From: Candidatus Bathyarchaeota archaeon
GTDB lineage: Archaea > Thermoproteota > Bathyarchaeia > Bathyarchaeales > Bathycorpusculaceae
Assembly: GCA_963702095.1 (NCBI GenBank)
Contig: OY969706.1
Span: forward strand, 2,208,001 to 2,272,000
Direction: 5' to 3'
DNA length: 64,000 nucleotides
In this document: positions 22,490 through 31,682 of the stretch, piece by piece
Layout: the number at the start of each line of letters is the position of its first letter
Numbering within the stretch: the stretch's first letter is position 1
Position numbers and translations under genes: made by a program
Notes under the pieces: generated by a model
The model's input: only the letters and a program-made list of their open reading frames with translations
Database searches by the model: none
Told to the model about the DNA's origin: nothing

Positions 22490-23362
22490 TTGGGTATGGG
22501 TTACCAACCTCGCATAAAATCGCCTAGGAACACGGCGCACGGTTTCAAAAAGCCTCTGCGGGAGAGGAAAAAAGAGAAAAAACGCCGCCGCACAGGCGAT
22601 TATGAGCGGGAGAAGCGTGTTGTTACTGAAAAGGAGGTAAGTGAAGCCACTCTTAAGCGGCTGCATACCTTGGGCAACCAGCGATTCGGTTCCTCCCCCT
22701 ACAGCGAGCATTATAACCGCTGGCTAGCCGACGTAGAAGTAGTTCTCGCCGAATTCGAGGCGTACCCCAGCATAAAAACCGATGAAGAATTCAAAACGGA
22801 ATGTACCCAAACACTTGGCATTATCCGGGTGCAGCTTGAAGAGCGACGCAAAAAAGAAGCCACAGTCGACCAAGAAGTCAAAAACTTGGCCTACCTAAAA
22901 AAGCAAGTTGAAGACATCAACGCCCAATATGCCCTCGCCGCAAGCACAATTAAAGCCCGCAGAAAAGCTCAAACTAAACGCCTCAACAACGACATAGAAC
23001 AACTCAAAAAGGAACAGGACATTGTAATAAAGATGAAAACTGGTTTTTGGCGCGGCATCTCCAAGAAAAAGAGGGAAGAAAAAGAGATAGCCCTATCTCA
23101 GCAGTTAAACGATAAGCAGACAGAACTTGAACTCTTAACGCTCAACTCCAGAGCCGAACTTAAAATGCTCCGGGAAAACATTGAAAGAAAACGTGAGCCT
23201 GTGGTGGAGCAGATTAAGGAGTTTAAGCGGAAAATCAGGGAGTTAGAGACAGATGGTTCGCTGGAGGAGCGGTGGTTTGCCAGTGAAGCCCTCACCGACG
23301 CCGTTAACAGTTTTCTGCAGAGAAGAACCCGCGAAGCAGCTGACTCTAAAAGTCCTCTTTAA
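22490..23362 (+). CDS. Coiled-coil hypothetical protein
   Basis: 290-aa K/E-rich heptad composition. Confidence 0.75.
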   Translation: MGMGYQPRIKSPRNTAHGFKKPLRERKKEKKRRRTGDYEREKRVVTEKEVSEATLKRLHTLGNQRFGSSPYSEHYNRWLADVEVVLAEFEAYPSIKTDEEFKTECTQTLGIIRVQLEERRKKEATVDQEVKNLAYLKKQVEDINAQYALAASTIKARRKAQTKRLNNDIEQLKKEQDIVIKMKTGFWRGISKKKREEKEIALSQQLNDKQTELELLTLNSRAELKMLRENIERKREPVVEQIKEFKRKIRELETDGSLEERWFASEALTDAVNSFLQRRTREAADSKSPL

Positions 23363-23918
23363 CTAAACGGTAAAAGAACCAGTCATCTAGGCACCTTGCC
23401 TTGTTCTTCGCGTAAAAGTCCTGCGCTGAAGTGTTCCATTTCAAGACGGTGAATTCTATTCTGCCGCAGCCTTCAGTCTTGGCGATTTCTTTAACGAAAT
23501 CAAACATTTCTTTGCCCACCCCGTCGCGCCGGTACTCTTCGAGGACAAAGATGTCTTCAAGGTAGAGGGTGGGCAGCGCAAGGAAGCTGGAGTAAGTGTA
23601 GAAGTATATTATGTAGGAGACGGGGGCGCCGCCGATTTTGCCGATGTAGGCTTGATATTTTGGGGTTTCGCCTAAACAGTCGCGTCTCAACCGTTCTTGG
23701 GATTCGGGGTTTGGAGGAGAGAGCTTCTCGTATTCGGCGAGTTTATTGATTAAGCCTAAGAAGTCCTCGAAGGTTTCGGCGGTGACTTTTTTGAGAACCA
23801 AGGAATTGTTTTCTTTGTCCATGCTGCTTATTGGTTGATTAGGGATAAAAAATCTTGCTTTTTCAACTAACGCTACCGCTGGTCTTCTGCAGTGAAGGAA
23901 TGCTTTTGGTGAGCCCAT
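23346..23918 (-). CDS. GNAT N-acetyltransferase (SSAT-like; likely start MDKE, ~23822)
   Basis: LAEYEK, LYLEDIFVLEEYRRDGVG, VLKWNTSAQDFY. Confidence 0.9.
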   Translation of the reverse strand: MGSPKAFLHCRRPAVALVEKARFFIPNQPISSMDKENNSLVLKKVTAETFEDFLGLINKLAEYEKLSPPNPESQERLRRDCLGETPKYQAYIGKIGGAPVSYIIYFYTYSSFLALPTLYLEDIFVLEEYRRDGVGKEMFDFVKEIAKTEGCGRIEFTVLKWNTSAQDFYAKNKARCLDDWFFYRLVKEDF

Positions 23919-24196
23919 TACTTGTTTTCTGTCAGCATCAACGTTAACGTTGAGGTGACGTTGGGGATTTTTCTAAGTTTAAAGGTCACCAACTCTTTTA
24001 ATTCAGCCGTTGATTGTGCTGTGGCTTTAACGATCAAGTCGTATACGCCATAAGAAACGTAGGCTTCCTCTATTCCGCCTGTTTTCTTTGCTTCTTGCAA
24101 AACCTGATCTTCTAAACCTGGGGAAATATTGAATAATACATACGCGCTAGGCATCTTTTTCTCCAATAGGTATTGGCAGCTTTTCAAATAAAACAT
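23918..24196 (-). CDS. Stand-alone Lrp/AsnC ligand-binding domain protein
   Basis: AYVLFN...YGVYDLIVK...LRKIPNVTSTLT. Confidence 0.9.
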   Translation of the reverse strand: MFYLKSCQYLLEKKMPSAYVLFNISPGLEDQVLQEAKKTGGIEEAYVSYGVYDLIVKATAQSTAELKELVTFKLRKIPNVTSTLTLMLTENK

Positions 24197-24336
24197 TTGC
24201 GCAAATCAGAGTTAATCAAATTTAAATTCAGATTTTCAAAGGGCATCTAAACAGTGCATTTTTACAGTGTACGAAAAACACCCAAATATTAAATAGTCAA
24301 CCACAAACCAGTTACCTAACAGCAGAAGGCAAGATA

Positions 24337-25146
24337 GTGAAAATATCCCTAAAAGAGGAAATGCAAACTCTCCTAATCCCCCTATACGGCAGAGCCCAGA
24401 TGAGCAAAAAAGGCATCTTCAAAGACGAAGACGCTGAAAACGCCCTCGCCCAATTAGACTATGACTTCTCAACGCTCCACATAAAAGAAAAAACACAGGT
24501 AATGCTCTCCGTCCGCAGCCAATTAATCGACAACTTCACAAAACAGTACCTTGCTGAGCACCCCGACTGCACCGTGATTTACCTTGGATGCGGCTTGGAT
24601 TCGAGGGCAAAGCGGCTCGGTTTTCCAGCAAAACACTGGTATGACATCGACTATCTACAGGTCATAGAAATCAGGCGACAACTCTACGCGGAAAAAGAAA
24701 ATTACACGTATATCCCGTCATCGGTGACTGACTGGGCGTGGATGGACAAAATTGAATCCAACACCAACTCAACGCTTGTAATCGCAGAAGGTCTGTTAAT
24801 GTACCTAAACGAGCAAGACATCAAGACATTGCTGCTAAAAATACGCGACAAATTCAAGGATGCAACGCTAATCTTCGACGCGTACTCAGAGGCGACAGCT
24901 AAACAAGCAAAGAATCACCCCTCACTCAAGGAGACCGGCGCAACCGTTCAATGGGGCATCGACTCGCCAGAAACATTAGAAGCATTCGACGACGGAATCA
25001 GCCACATCAAAACCATATACCTCACCGACGACTCCGCAGTCGAAAGCTTGCCAAGAGGATACCGCATGATGTTTAAGTTCGCAGGCAAGTTTAAGGCAGC
25101 AAAAGAAGCACACAGAATATTCGTTGTAAAACTCATTAGTCGATAG
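24337..25146 (+). CDS. LCM-family SAM-dependent methyltransferase
   Basis: TLLIPLYGRA, YLGCGLDSR, IAEGLLMYL. Confidence 0.9.
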   Translation: MKISLKEEMQTLLIPLYGRAQMSKKGIFKDEDAENALAQLDYDFSTLHIKEKTQVMLSVRSQLIDNFTKQYLAEHPDCTVIYLGCGLDSRAKRLGFPAKHWYDIDYLQVIEIRRQLYAEKENYTYIPSSVTDWAWMDKIESNTNSTLVIAEGLLMYLNEQDIKTLLLKIRDKFKDATLIFDAYSEATAKQAKNHPSLKETGATVQWGIDSPETLEAFDDGISHIKTIYLTDDSAVESLPRGYRMMFKFAGKFKAAKEAHRIFVVKLISR

Positions 25147-25190
25147 GAAAAAAAATGAGCGGCAGCATCTTTGTGCTGCTATAGGTGTTT

Positions 25191-25366
25191 GAAGGAAAAT
25201 AGGTCGTCTATGGTTGTTTAGAAGACTTTAGCACTGTCATGTGCTAGTTTGAGTGATGGTTGCACTCGCCTTTTTCGATGAAGAGGACGGTGTCTCTGCG
25301 GACGCCGACTTTTTTGTGGGGTCGTCTTGGGCTAAGTTGTGGGAGCTCTTTGATGCTGGTCCTCGA
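25191..25366 (-). pseudogene. Degraded HTH-XRE transcriptional regulator
   Basis: Manual translation across indels and a stop: IKEL..HNLAQDD..KVGVRRDTVLFIEKGECN.SLKLAHDSAKVF*TTIDDLFSF. Confidence 0.75.
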
Positions 25367-25470
25367 AATCTTCCCTTCCACGGCAGAACCAGATACGAGA
25401 GAGCGAAAGCCAGAAGATAGTTCACCACTACACGTTTGCTACAGTGGCTCTTAGGAAGAGAGGGATATGC

Positions 25471-26091
25471 TTAGTTGTTGATTTGGCAGTGACGGTAATA
25501 GTTCTTGTCTATCTTTATTGCGACCAAAGGACCCTTTCTTTGGGAAAGCTCACGCGTTTTACGAAGGGCATTTTTTAGAAGCGCTAAGGTTTGCTCTCTG
25601 CTGTTTACGTCTTGACCTGCCTGTTTAGCCAGTTCAGCTTTGAGGATGTTTTCAGCGATAATTTTGGTGCCGCAAATCTCAGTGTTCCTAATCAATTCAG
25701 AGACGATAATTTCTGTTAATTCATATCTGCATGCAAGCCGGAACCACAGGGCTTCTGTTTGCTCCGCTTTCTCTGCAGTTTTGCCCAAATTAGGCTGCTT
25801 GCTTGTGCATATATCAAGGTTGAATCGTTCTTTCCATTTTTTGAGCCAGGAACCCGACCAGATGGTTAGGAAAGCCTCGGTTTCCTCGGAGTCGTTTGGT
25901 AGAGGCTGCTCCGGCGTTTCAGTGCAATCGGGGTTTGTTTTTCCAGAGGGGTTGGAGAGGAATTTTAGGTAGTTTTGGAGGTCTTGGGATGCGACTTGGA
26001 GGACTTTTTTGTCTGCGCCGGTTATGTCGAGGGTTGGTTCGGCTTCTTTTATTTTTCTTGAGAGTTTTGTTTCAAGGTCGAAGTGGTTCAT
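25471..26091 (-). CDS. Hypothetical protein
   Basis: 206-aa ORF with upstream AGGAGA ribosome-binding site. Confidence 0.7.
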   Translation of the reverse strand: MNHFDLETKLSRKIKEAEPTLDITGADKKVLQVASQDLQNYLKFLSNPSGKTNPDCTETPEQPLPNDSEETEAFLTIWSGSWLKKWKERFNLDICTSKQPNLGKTAEKAEQTEALWFRLACRYELTEIIVSELIRNTEICGTKIIAENILKAELAKQAGQDVNSREQTLALLKNALRKTRELSQRKGPLVAIKIDKNYYRHCQINN

Positions 26092-26257
26092 GTAATTTGT
26101 CTCCTTTCTTGTGTCTGGTTTCTAAATACTCTTTTCAGGTCGCCATATAACTGGCTTAGGCTCTAACACACAATATATCAAATTTAGACATACTTTATTC
26201 CTGCAGAAACAGCCATAGTAAAAATGCAGTGGCACCGAAGAAACTTGGCTTATTTTC

Positions 26258-28078
26258 TTACGGCACTTTATGCAGACTCCACGTCACAGCATCATTGCCT
26301 ACTGCGATAAAAAGCCTAAAGCTGTTCCAGAGTTTTTTGGCTGTTAAATTGCCTGAGAATACCATTGCAAGTCTTTGAAGAATGTGCGTGTTGTCTGGTT
26401 CGCTTAGCCATTTTAAGTCTACTTCAAGGGTAATTGTTGAATCAGCTTGTCTTCCTTCTATAACTCGTATGTACTCGACGTTTGTTTTGTTGGTTTTGAA
26501 TACGAAACTAGTTATGGTTTCATCGAGTTTTAGGGTGCATTGGATAGTTTGTGTACCCAGCAATCGCAGGAACTGTCTCATTTCTAAGACCTCATGCACG
26601 CCCACCTTTCGGGTGTAGGCTTCCACTCTTGGGTCTATGTATGCCTCAAGAAAGGTAGCTATGTGTTTTTCAAAATTATCCTTCTGCAGCGCGTTTCCAT
26701 TGTTGGCCATGAAACCCAGATTGATGATTCTTTCCTGAGCGAAATCTAATATTGCCTTTTTTTGTTTGACGCGCATTTGAGAAACCTTTTCGTGGTCGAA
26801 GAATGTGTCGAGGTTCCAGAATTTCGCCATACAATGCGTAGCCAACTCTTCAATTTTCTCCTTTGACAAATACTTAGCTGTGTAAACTGAATGCATTTCA
26901 TCAAAATTGTCCCAATTCCTTTCAAAAATTAATCCTTGCGCATCCAGCTCTTTGTAGAAGTCCGTGCCAGGAAAAGGCGTTGCAACGCCAAAAGCGGCTC
27001 CAGTTAAACCAATCTCTTTGGCATAAACCGGAAACATCCGGATCTCCGCTTCAGTCTGGTCAGGTAAGCCTATAACGAATGTTCCGCCTGCTCTGCCGCC
27101 ATTTTCCCGTATGTTTTTGACTGCTTCGCCGTGAACCTTGCTGGTTATGCCTTTCTTTGTTGACTTGAGGTCTTTAGCATTTGGGCTTTCGATGCCCATT
27201 TCAAAGCGGCGTATGCCAACCTGGCACATTTTCTTTACAATCTGAGGATGCGCCGCCATAGCATCCGCTCTCACTAGGGCGCAGAATTCCATGTTTAGGT
27301 CATGTTTCATCATTAAATCGCAGAGGCGGTCGACTTGTTGGGGGTTACCCATAAAGTGCGGGTCTGCAAACATGACGTTTACAGGTTTTCGTTTATGATA
27401 ATCAGACATCTCCAGAAGCTCTTCCATGACGTTCTCTGGTGATCTGGTTCTTAGACAGCCATGACTCATGCTTGGTTCGCAGCAGAAACTGCACATGCCA
27501 TTACAGCCCCTGTACATGGTTATCACGTCGCAGTCTGTTACTCGGTCTTGGCTTTTGTAGGGGTACTGCCTCAGATACCGAGCGGGAAAAGGCAAAGCAT
27601 CGAGGTTTTCTATGGGTTTTCTTGCTTGGTTGTGGACTATTTTCCCGTTCTTCCTGTAAGATAGTCCTAAAATATTCTCGAAGGCGCCTGTTTCTACCAG
27701 CTCTTTCATGGTGGCCTCGCCTTCTCCGCGGACTACAGCGTCGATTTGGTGGTGAGAAAGCATCAGGTCAGGAACGTTTGTGGGGTGGTAGCCGCCTACT
27801 ACGACAGGCAGATTGTTTTGTTTAGCGGTTTTTGCAAGGCTTAGACTTTGGTTGTGTTCTGTGGCGGATAATGTGATGCCTACTATGTCGGGGCGGTAGA
27901 TTTTGAGGATGTCTTGGAATTTTCTGCTGTCCAGTTCAAGGTCCACTATGTTGACTTGATCCACAGCGTCTTTGAGGTAGGATGCTATGTACTCTAAACC
28001 GATAGGTATCGAATCAAAGGAAAAGCTCAAGCCTTTCCTTCCAGCAGGCTTCACCAGCAGGACTCTCTTAAACGCCAA
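26258..28078 (-). CDS. B12-binding radical SAM protein with C-terminal extension
   Basis: PIGLEYIA, VVGGYHP, RGEGE, RGCNGMCSFC, GIES, TPFPGT. Confidence 0.9.
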   Translation of the reverse strand: MAFKRVLLVKPAGRKGLSFSFDSIPIGLEYIASYLKDAVDQVNIVDLELDSRKFQDILKIYRPDIVGITLSATEHNQSLSLAKTAKQNNLPVVVGGYHPTNVPDLMLSHHQIDAVVRGEGEATMKELVETGAFENILGLSYRKNGKIVHNQARKPIENLDALPFPARYLRQYPYKSQDRVTDCDVITMYRGCNGMCSFCCEPSMSHGCLRTRSPENVMEELLEMSDYHKRKPVNVMFADPHFMGNPQQVDRLCDLMMKHDLNMEFCALVRADAMAAHPQIVKKMCQVGIRRFEMGIESPNAKDLKSTKKGITSKVHGEAVKNIRENGGRAGGTFVIGLPDQTEAEIRMFPVYAKEIGLTGAAFGVATPFPGTDFYKELDAQGLIFERNWDNFDEMHSVYTAKYLSKEKIEELATHCMAKFWNLDTFFDHEKVSQMRVKQKKAILDFAQERIINLGFMANNGNALQKDNFEKHIATFLEAYIDPRVEAYTRKVGVHEVLEMRQFLRLLGTQTIQCTLKLDETITSFVFKTNKTNVEYIRVIEGRQADSTITLEVDLKWLSEPDNTHILQRLAMVFSGNLTAKKLWNSFRLFIAVGNDAVTWSLHKVP

Positions 28079-28241
28079 GATGAAACACCAAGTTAACCCA
28101 CCGACAAATACAGTAATGCATAAAAATTAATCGCGTCCACGGAGCAGTTTAGCTTGGAGAATTCATCAAAGGCTGAATCAGCCATGGTGAGCCGCCCATT
28201 TCTTTGGCATACAGGGAGAAACCCCGAGTATTGTAGCGGAA

Positions 28242-28363
28242 TGGTGGCGGGGGTGGGACTTGAACCCACGAAGGCCTGCGCCAGAGGATCTTAAGTCCTC
28301 CTCCATATCTTAGGGGCAATAGGTTAATCTGGCCCTATTTAGACCTGGCTCGGATACCCCGCC
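28242..28363 (-). tRNA. tRNA-Leu(TAA) with 34-nt intron at position 22/23 (28305-28338); CCA encoded
   Basis: GGCGGGG/CCCCGCC acceptor stem, GAGGA-CTTAAGA-TCCTC anticodon arm, long variable arm, GTGGG-TTCAAGT-CCCAC; BHB-like junctions restore the D arm GGTCTAA|GGAG. Confidence 0.92.
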
Positions 28364-28554
28364 ACCAGCACCCCGATAAAGTCCAATCTGGCATAGTTAA
28401 AGTTTTTTGCATTCCAGAAGTAAAATGGCAAAAATCTACTCACCCATTTTTGTTCCTAATAACAAGGGCAAAAAAACGCTGGAGATGAACCGGCTAAAAC
28501 CCTAAAAATGTGAGCGCCCGGTGCAAAACCAGCAAGACCTAGACCTAAAAAAAA

Positions 28555-28827
28555 CTATTGTTGGGGCATTGCTTTTAGCTTCTCGATTTCTTTGTTTAAG
28601 TGGTCAACTGCTGCCTGTAGCCTATTCTTTTTGCGTTCAAGTATCTCAATCATTTCGTCTTTTGTGGGTTTAATCAATGGCTCGCCGCAAACTGGGCAAC
28701 GTGCCATCATCATTTTCATTTTCCAGCCCATAGGACCCATGGGACCCATTCCCATACCCATTCCAGGCATCATTCCGTGACCGCCCCATTGGCCTTGACC
28801 GCCCATTTTCTCCCATTCCAAAAACAT
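28555..28827 (-). CDS. Small Gly/Met-rich protein with CPxCG and C-terminal coiled coil (DUF5320-like)
   Basis: GMGMGMGPMG, CPVCG, LQAAVDHLNKEIEKLK; GGAGGTG ribosome-binding site. Confidence 0.75.
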   Translation of the reverse strand: MFLEWEKMGGQGQWGGHGMMPGMGMGMGPMGPMGWKMKMMMARCPVCGEPLIKPTKDEMIEILERKKNRLQAAVDHLNKEIEKLKAMPQQ

Positions 28828-29220
28828 TCACCTCCAAAGCCGTCAACACTTCATTAACCATGACGGTTCCAGGTTCACTTATGCTTATGTGGCTACAAAA
28901 TTGAGGTTACAGGTCAACTAGTTTTTTGGCGTTAAGTTAGGGGTTAATGGTTTGTTTTGGTTTTAACTCGGCCTTTGTGGACTCTTATGCTGTGTTCTTG
29001 GAGTTGTTTTGGATCGGCAAACCTTGCTGAGCAGAAGGGGCACTTAAACGTTTCATATAACATGGCATCTGAAGAGACCATTTTGATTTATAATTCTTTA
29101 TGACATAGAAAAGATTCTTCTATATAGCCACCGCTAATCCGGTGCTTAACTCTTTGTTATTAGTTTTTGTAGTCGAGTGTTGCCCACAAAGGATTTAATG
29201 CGATGTATGCACGTTGTTTC

Positions 29221-29376
29221 TTGCAGGTTGAGGAACAGGCTTCACGGAAAAGCACCTGTACAAACCATAAGCGGCTATTAAAGAACCAATCTAAGATAAC
29301 ATCAAGGAAAGGACTTGGTAAGCACTTCTGGTTAAGTATGTGCTAAAGAAACGTGGGGTTTAGACTCAACCTGCAA
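29221..29376 (+). ncRNA. Putative BHB-closed rod-shaped ncRNA, family A copy 1
   Basis: 12-bp terminal stem TTGCAGGTTGAG/CTCAACCTGCAA, GAAC/GTTT central helix with AGG and AGA bulges; TATA-like TTTAAT about 25 nt upstream, T-tract downstream; homologous to 32591-32740. Confidence 0.7.
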
Positions 29377-29431
29377 CTGACTGTTTTTTGAACGATTTTT
29401 TTGTCGTTTCCTTGAATTTTTTAATGGAAGC

Positions 29432-29570
29432 AGTTTGAGGAAAACGCCTCAACCAGCCAGCAACCCAGCGGGATAACAGAATCCAAAATACAGTCGTCTG
29501 CCAAGTCCGCTGGAAGAAGAAGAGTAAGGGCAAGCCTGCCTTCATCTAACACTAGAAAAACAAAAGCTCA
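29432..29570 (+). repeat. Dispersed repeat family D, copy 1 (inverted copy at 45352-45492)
   Basis: Identical CGCCTCAACCAGCCAGCAACCCA and TCTAACACTAGAAAAACAAAA blocks, ungapped similarity between them. Confidence 0.85.
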
Positions 29571-30413
29571 GACAATTTTGCTATTTTCAAGCTTTTTTAG
29601 CATGCTGCCTGTGCGGTAACCTTCCAAATCAAACGTCACGTAAGTAAACCCCAACCCCTTGAGCGCCAAAACCACCCGATCCATAACTGATTCATCAAGG
29701 AATAGTTTGCGCTCTTCTTCGCCGACTTCTATGCGGGCTAATCCGTCGTGGTCTCGAACCCTCAGCTGGCGAACAGGCACGATCTCCTCGATGGCTTGCT
29801 CAGCTTGGTAAATGCGGCTCAGTTTCTCAGCGGTTATAGGCTGATTGAACGGTATCCGTGAAGCCAGACATGCGTGTGAGGGCTTATCGTAGACCGTTAA
29901 GCCGAGGTTTTTGGCTACTTGGCGGATTTCGTCTTTGCTAAATTTAGTTGCGACCCAGGGGCTGTAAACGCCGTGGGTTTCCTGTACCGCCCTAAAGCCG
30001 GGTCGGTGTTCGCTTAGGTCGTTGAAGTTGGTGCCTTCAAACACCACTGAGTAGCCGTGTTGATGGGCGAATTTGAGGAGGTTTTGGAGAAGCTCCTTTT
30101 TGCAGTGGTAGCAGCGGTCTGTGGGGTTTCGGCGGAAATCTTCGTTTTCCAATTCGTGGGTGTGTATGACGTAGAGGTCTATGGCTATGTCTTTGGCAAG
30201 TTGCTGGGCATTCCGCAAATCCTTAGGCGTGTAAGTGGGCGATTGCGCGATGATGGCTACTGCTTTTGAACCCAGAACTTGATGTGTGATTGCCGCCAAG
30301 GTGGCGCTGTCTACGCCGCCTGAAAACGCGATGACGACGCCGTCTTTGCCCTTATCAGCTATGAATGCCTTGAGCTCTTCTATTTTTTGTTCTAAGGATT
30401 CCACGTTAATCAC
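29568..30413 (-). CDS. larE: ATP-dependent sacrificial sulfur transferase LarE
   Basis: AFSGGVDS PP-loop, RCYHCK, HRPG, ACLASRIP, LRVRDH, GYRTGSM. Confidence 0.93.
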   Translation of the reverse strand: MINVESLEQKIEELKAFIADKGKDGVVIAFSGGVDSATLAAITHQVLGSKAVAIIAQSPTYTPKDLRNAQQLAKDIAIDLYVIHTHELENEDFRRNPTDRCYHCKKELLQNLLKFAHQHGYSVVFEGTNFNDLSEHRPGFRAVQETHGVYSPWVATKFSKDEIRQVAKNLGLTVYDKPSHACLASRIPFNQPITAEKLSRIYQAEQAIEEIVPVRQLRVRDHDGLARIEVGEEERKLFLDESVMDRVVLALKGLGFTYVTFDLEGYRTGSMLKKLENSKIV

Positions 30414-31665
30414 CTACTTTTTTGGGATAGGCAGCTTGGGCTTTAGTTACGGCTAAGTCGAGGAGTTCACGCAGCGGCACCTTGGTTTTCTCCGCCAACC
30501 TTTTGAGGTCCTCATACTCGGGTTTTATACGGATGACTTTGCCCTCTGAATCCTTGGAGATTTTAACGCGCACCGATTCTCTGTTGCCCATAACCACTAA
30601 ATCAACCATAAGCAACTCCCTGCTGATGATGTGTCGTTGGCAATAGTAAACCCTGACACCCAAGGTGCCTGTCTCCGCTATGAGGAGTTTTGAGAGATAA
30701 GCAACGTCTCTTTGGTCAGCAACGATTTTTACGATGTGTCCGGGACGGTTCTTTTTAGTTACGGTGGGGATTACGCTGACGTCTTTGGCGCCTGCCTCTA
30801 TCAGTCGGTCGATGGCGTAGCCGAGGACTTCGCCCGAGGCGTCGTCGATGTTTGTTTCTAAAACTGCGATCTCTTCATGGGAGGATTCTTCTGCGAGGGG
30901 TGTGCCGAGTGTGAGTCGCAGAACCGCAGGCATCCCTGGGAACTCTTTGGTTCCAGCGCCATACCCCACTTTGAGGGGCATAATCTGGGGGTAGAAACGG
31001 TTGACTTCAGTCGCCAAATTCACCAGTAAAGCCGCGCCGGTGGGGGTTGCAAGTTCCTTTTCGATTGGTCCGCCGTGGAAGGGGAAGTTTTTGATTTGCA
31101 GAATCGCCAGTGTAGCTGGGGCGGGAGCGGAGACTATGCCGTGGGAAAACTTGAAGGTGCCACCGCCAACCGCCAGAGGAGTCGAGTAAACCTTGCCTTC
31201 GAAAACGTGTAAATCATCCAGTGCGACGGCGCAACCCAGGATCTCCGCGGCTGTATCGACCAGCGCTACTTCATGGAGGTGTGCTTCGTCGAAACCGGTT
31301 TTGTGCAAGTCAGCTTCTACCGTCACTATGGTGTGGATGACTTTGGAGGCGTATTCTCTTGCGTTATTGGACATGTAAATGTTGGCTGCAGCGTTCTCCA
31401 CTATCTTGATTAGTTGGTTGCCGTGGCGTTTTTCTGTGGCGGTGGAGGTTACGTTGATTTGAGTGGCGCGGAATTCCCCCCGCATCACCTCGTCGATTGC
31501 TATGTCGATGTGTTCGTAGCCGTACTCTGGGTTCTCCAGCACCTTAATGGCGGTTATGACACGTTCGACGTTGGCGCCTAAATCCAAAAGCGCCCCAAGC
31601 AGCATGTCACCTGCAACTCCTGAGGCGGTGCAGTCGATAACAAGAATTCTTTTGTTTTCACCCAT
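30406..31665 (-). CDS. larC: Nickel-pincer cofactor biosynthesis protein LarC
   Basis: SGVAGDMLLGAL, HLHEV, PAPAT, TPTGAA, ETNIDD, KKNRPG, ETGTLGVR, KPEYED. Confidence 0.95.
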   Translation of the reverse strand: MGENKRILVIDCTASGVAGDMLLGALLDLGANVERVITAIKVLENPEYGYEHIDIAIDEVMRGEFRATQINVTSTATEKRHGNQLIKIVENAAANIYMSNNAREYASKVIHTIVTVEADLHKTGFDEAHLHEVALVDTAAEILGCAVALDDLHVFEGKVYSTPLAVGGGTFKFSHGIVSAPAPATLAILQIKNFPFHGGPIEKELATPTGAALLVNLATEVNRFYPQIMPLKVGYGAGTKEFPGMPAVLRLTLGTPLAEESSHEEIAVLETNIDDASGEVLGYAIDRLIEAGAKDVSVIPTVTKKNRPGHIVKIVADQRDVAYLSKLLIAETGTLGVRVYYCQRHIISRELLMVDLVVMGNRESVRVKISKDSEGKVIRIKPEYEDLKRLAEKTKVPLRELLDLAVTKAQAAYPKKVGD

Positions 31666-31682
31666 AGTGTATCACAAAACCC

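Noticed and set aside
29239-29363. Family-A interior as 5S rRNA, C/D or H/ACA guide, or nickel riboswitch
   Set aside because: The size fits 5S but there are no 5S helices or conserved loops beyond a chance CCATAAGCGGC. No C/D boxes are present. The elements lie downstream of, not in front of, the lar genes.
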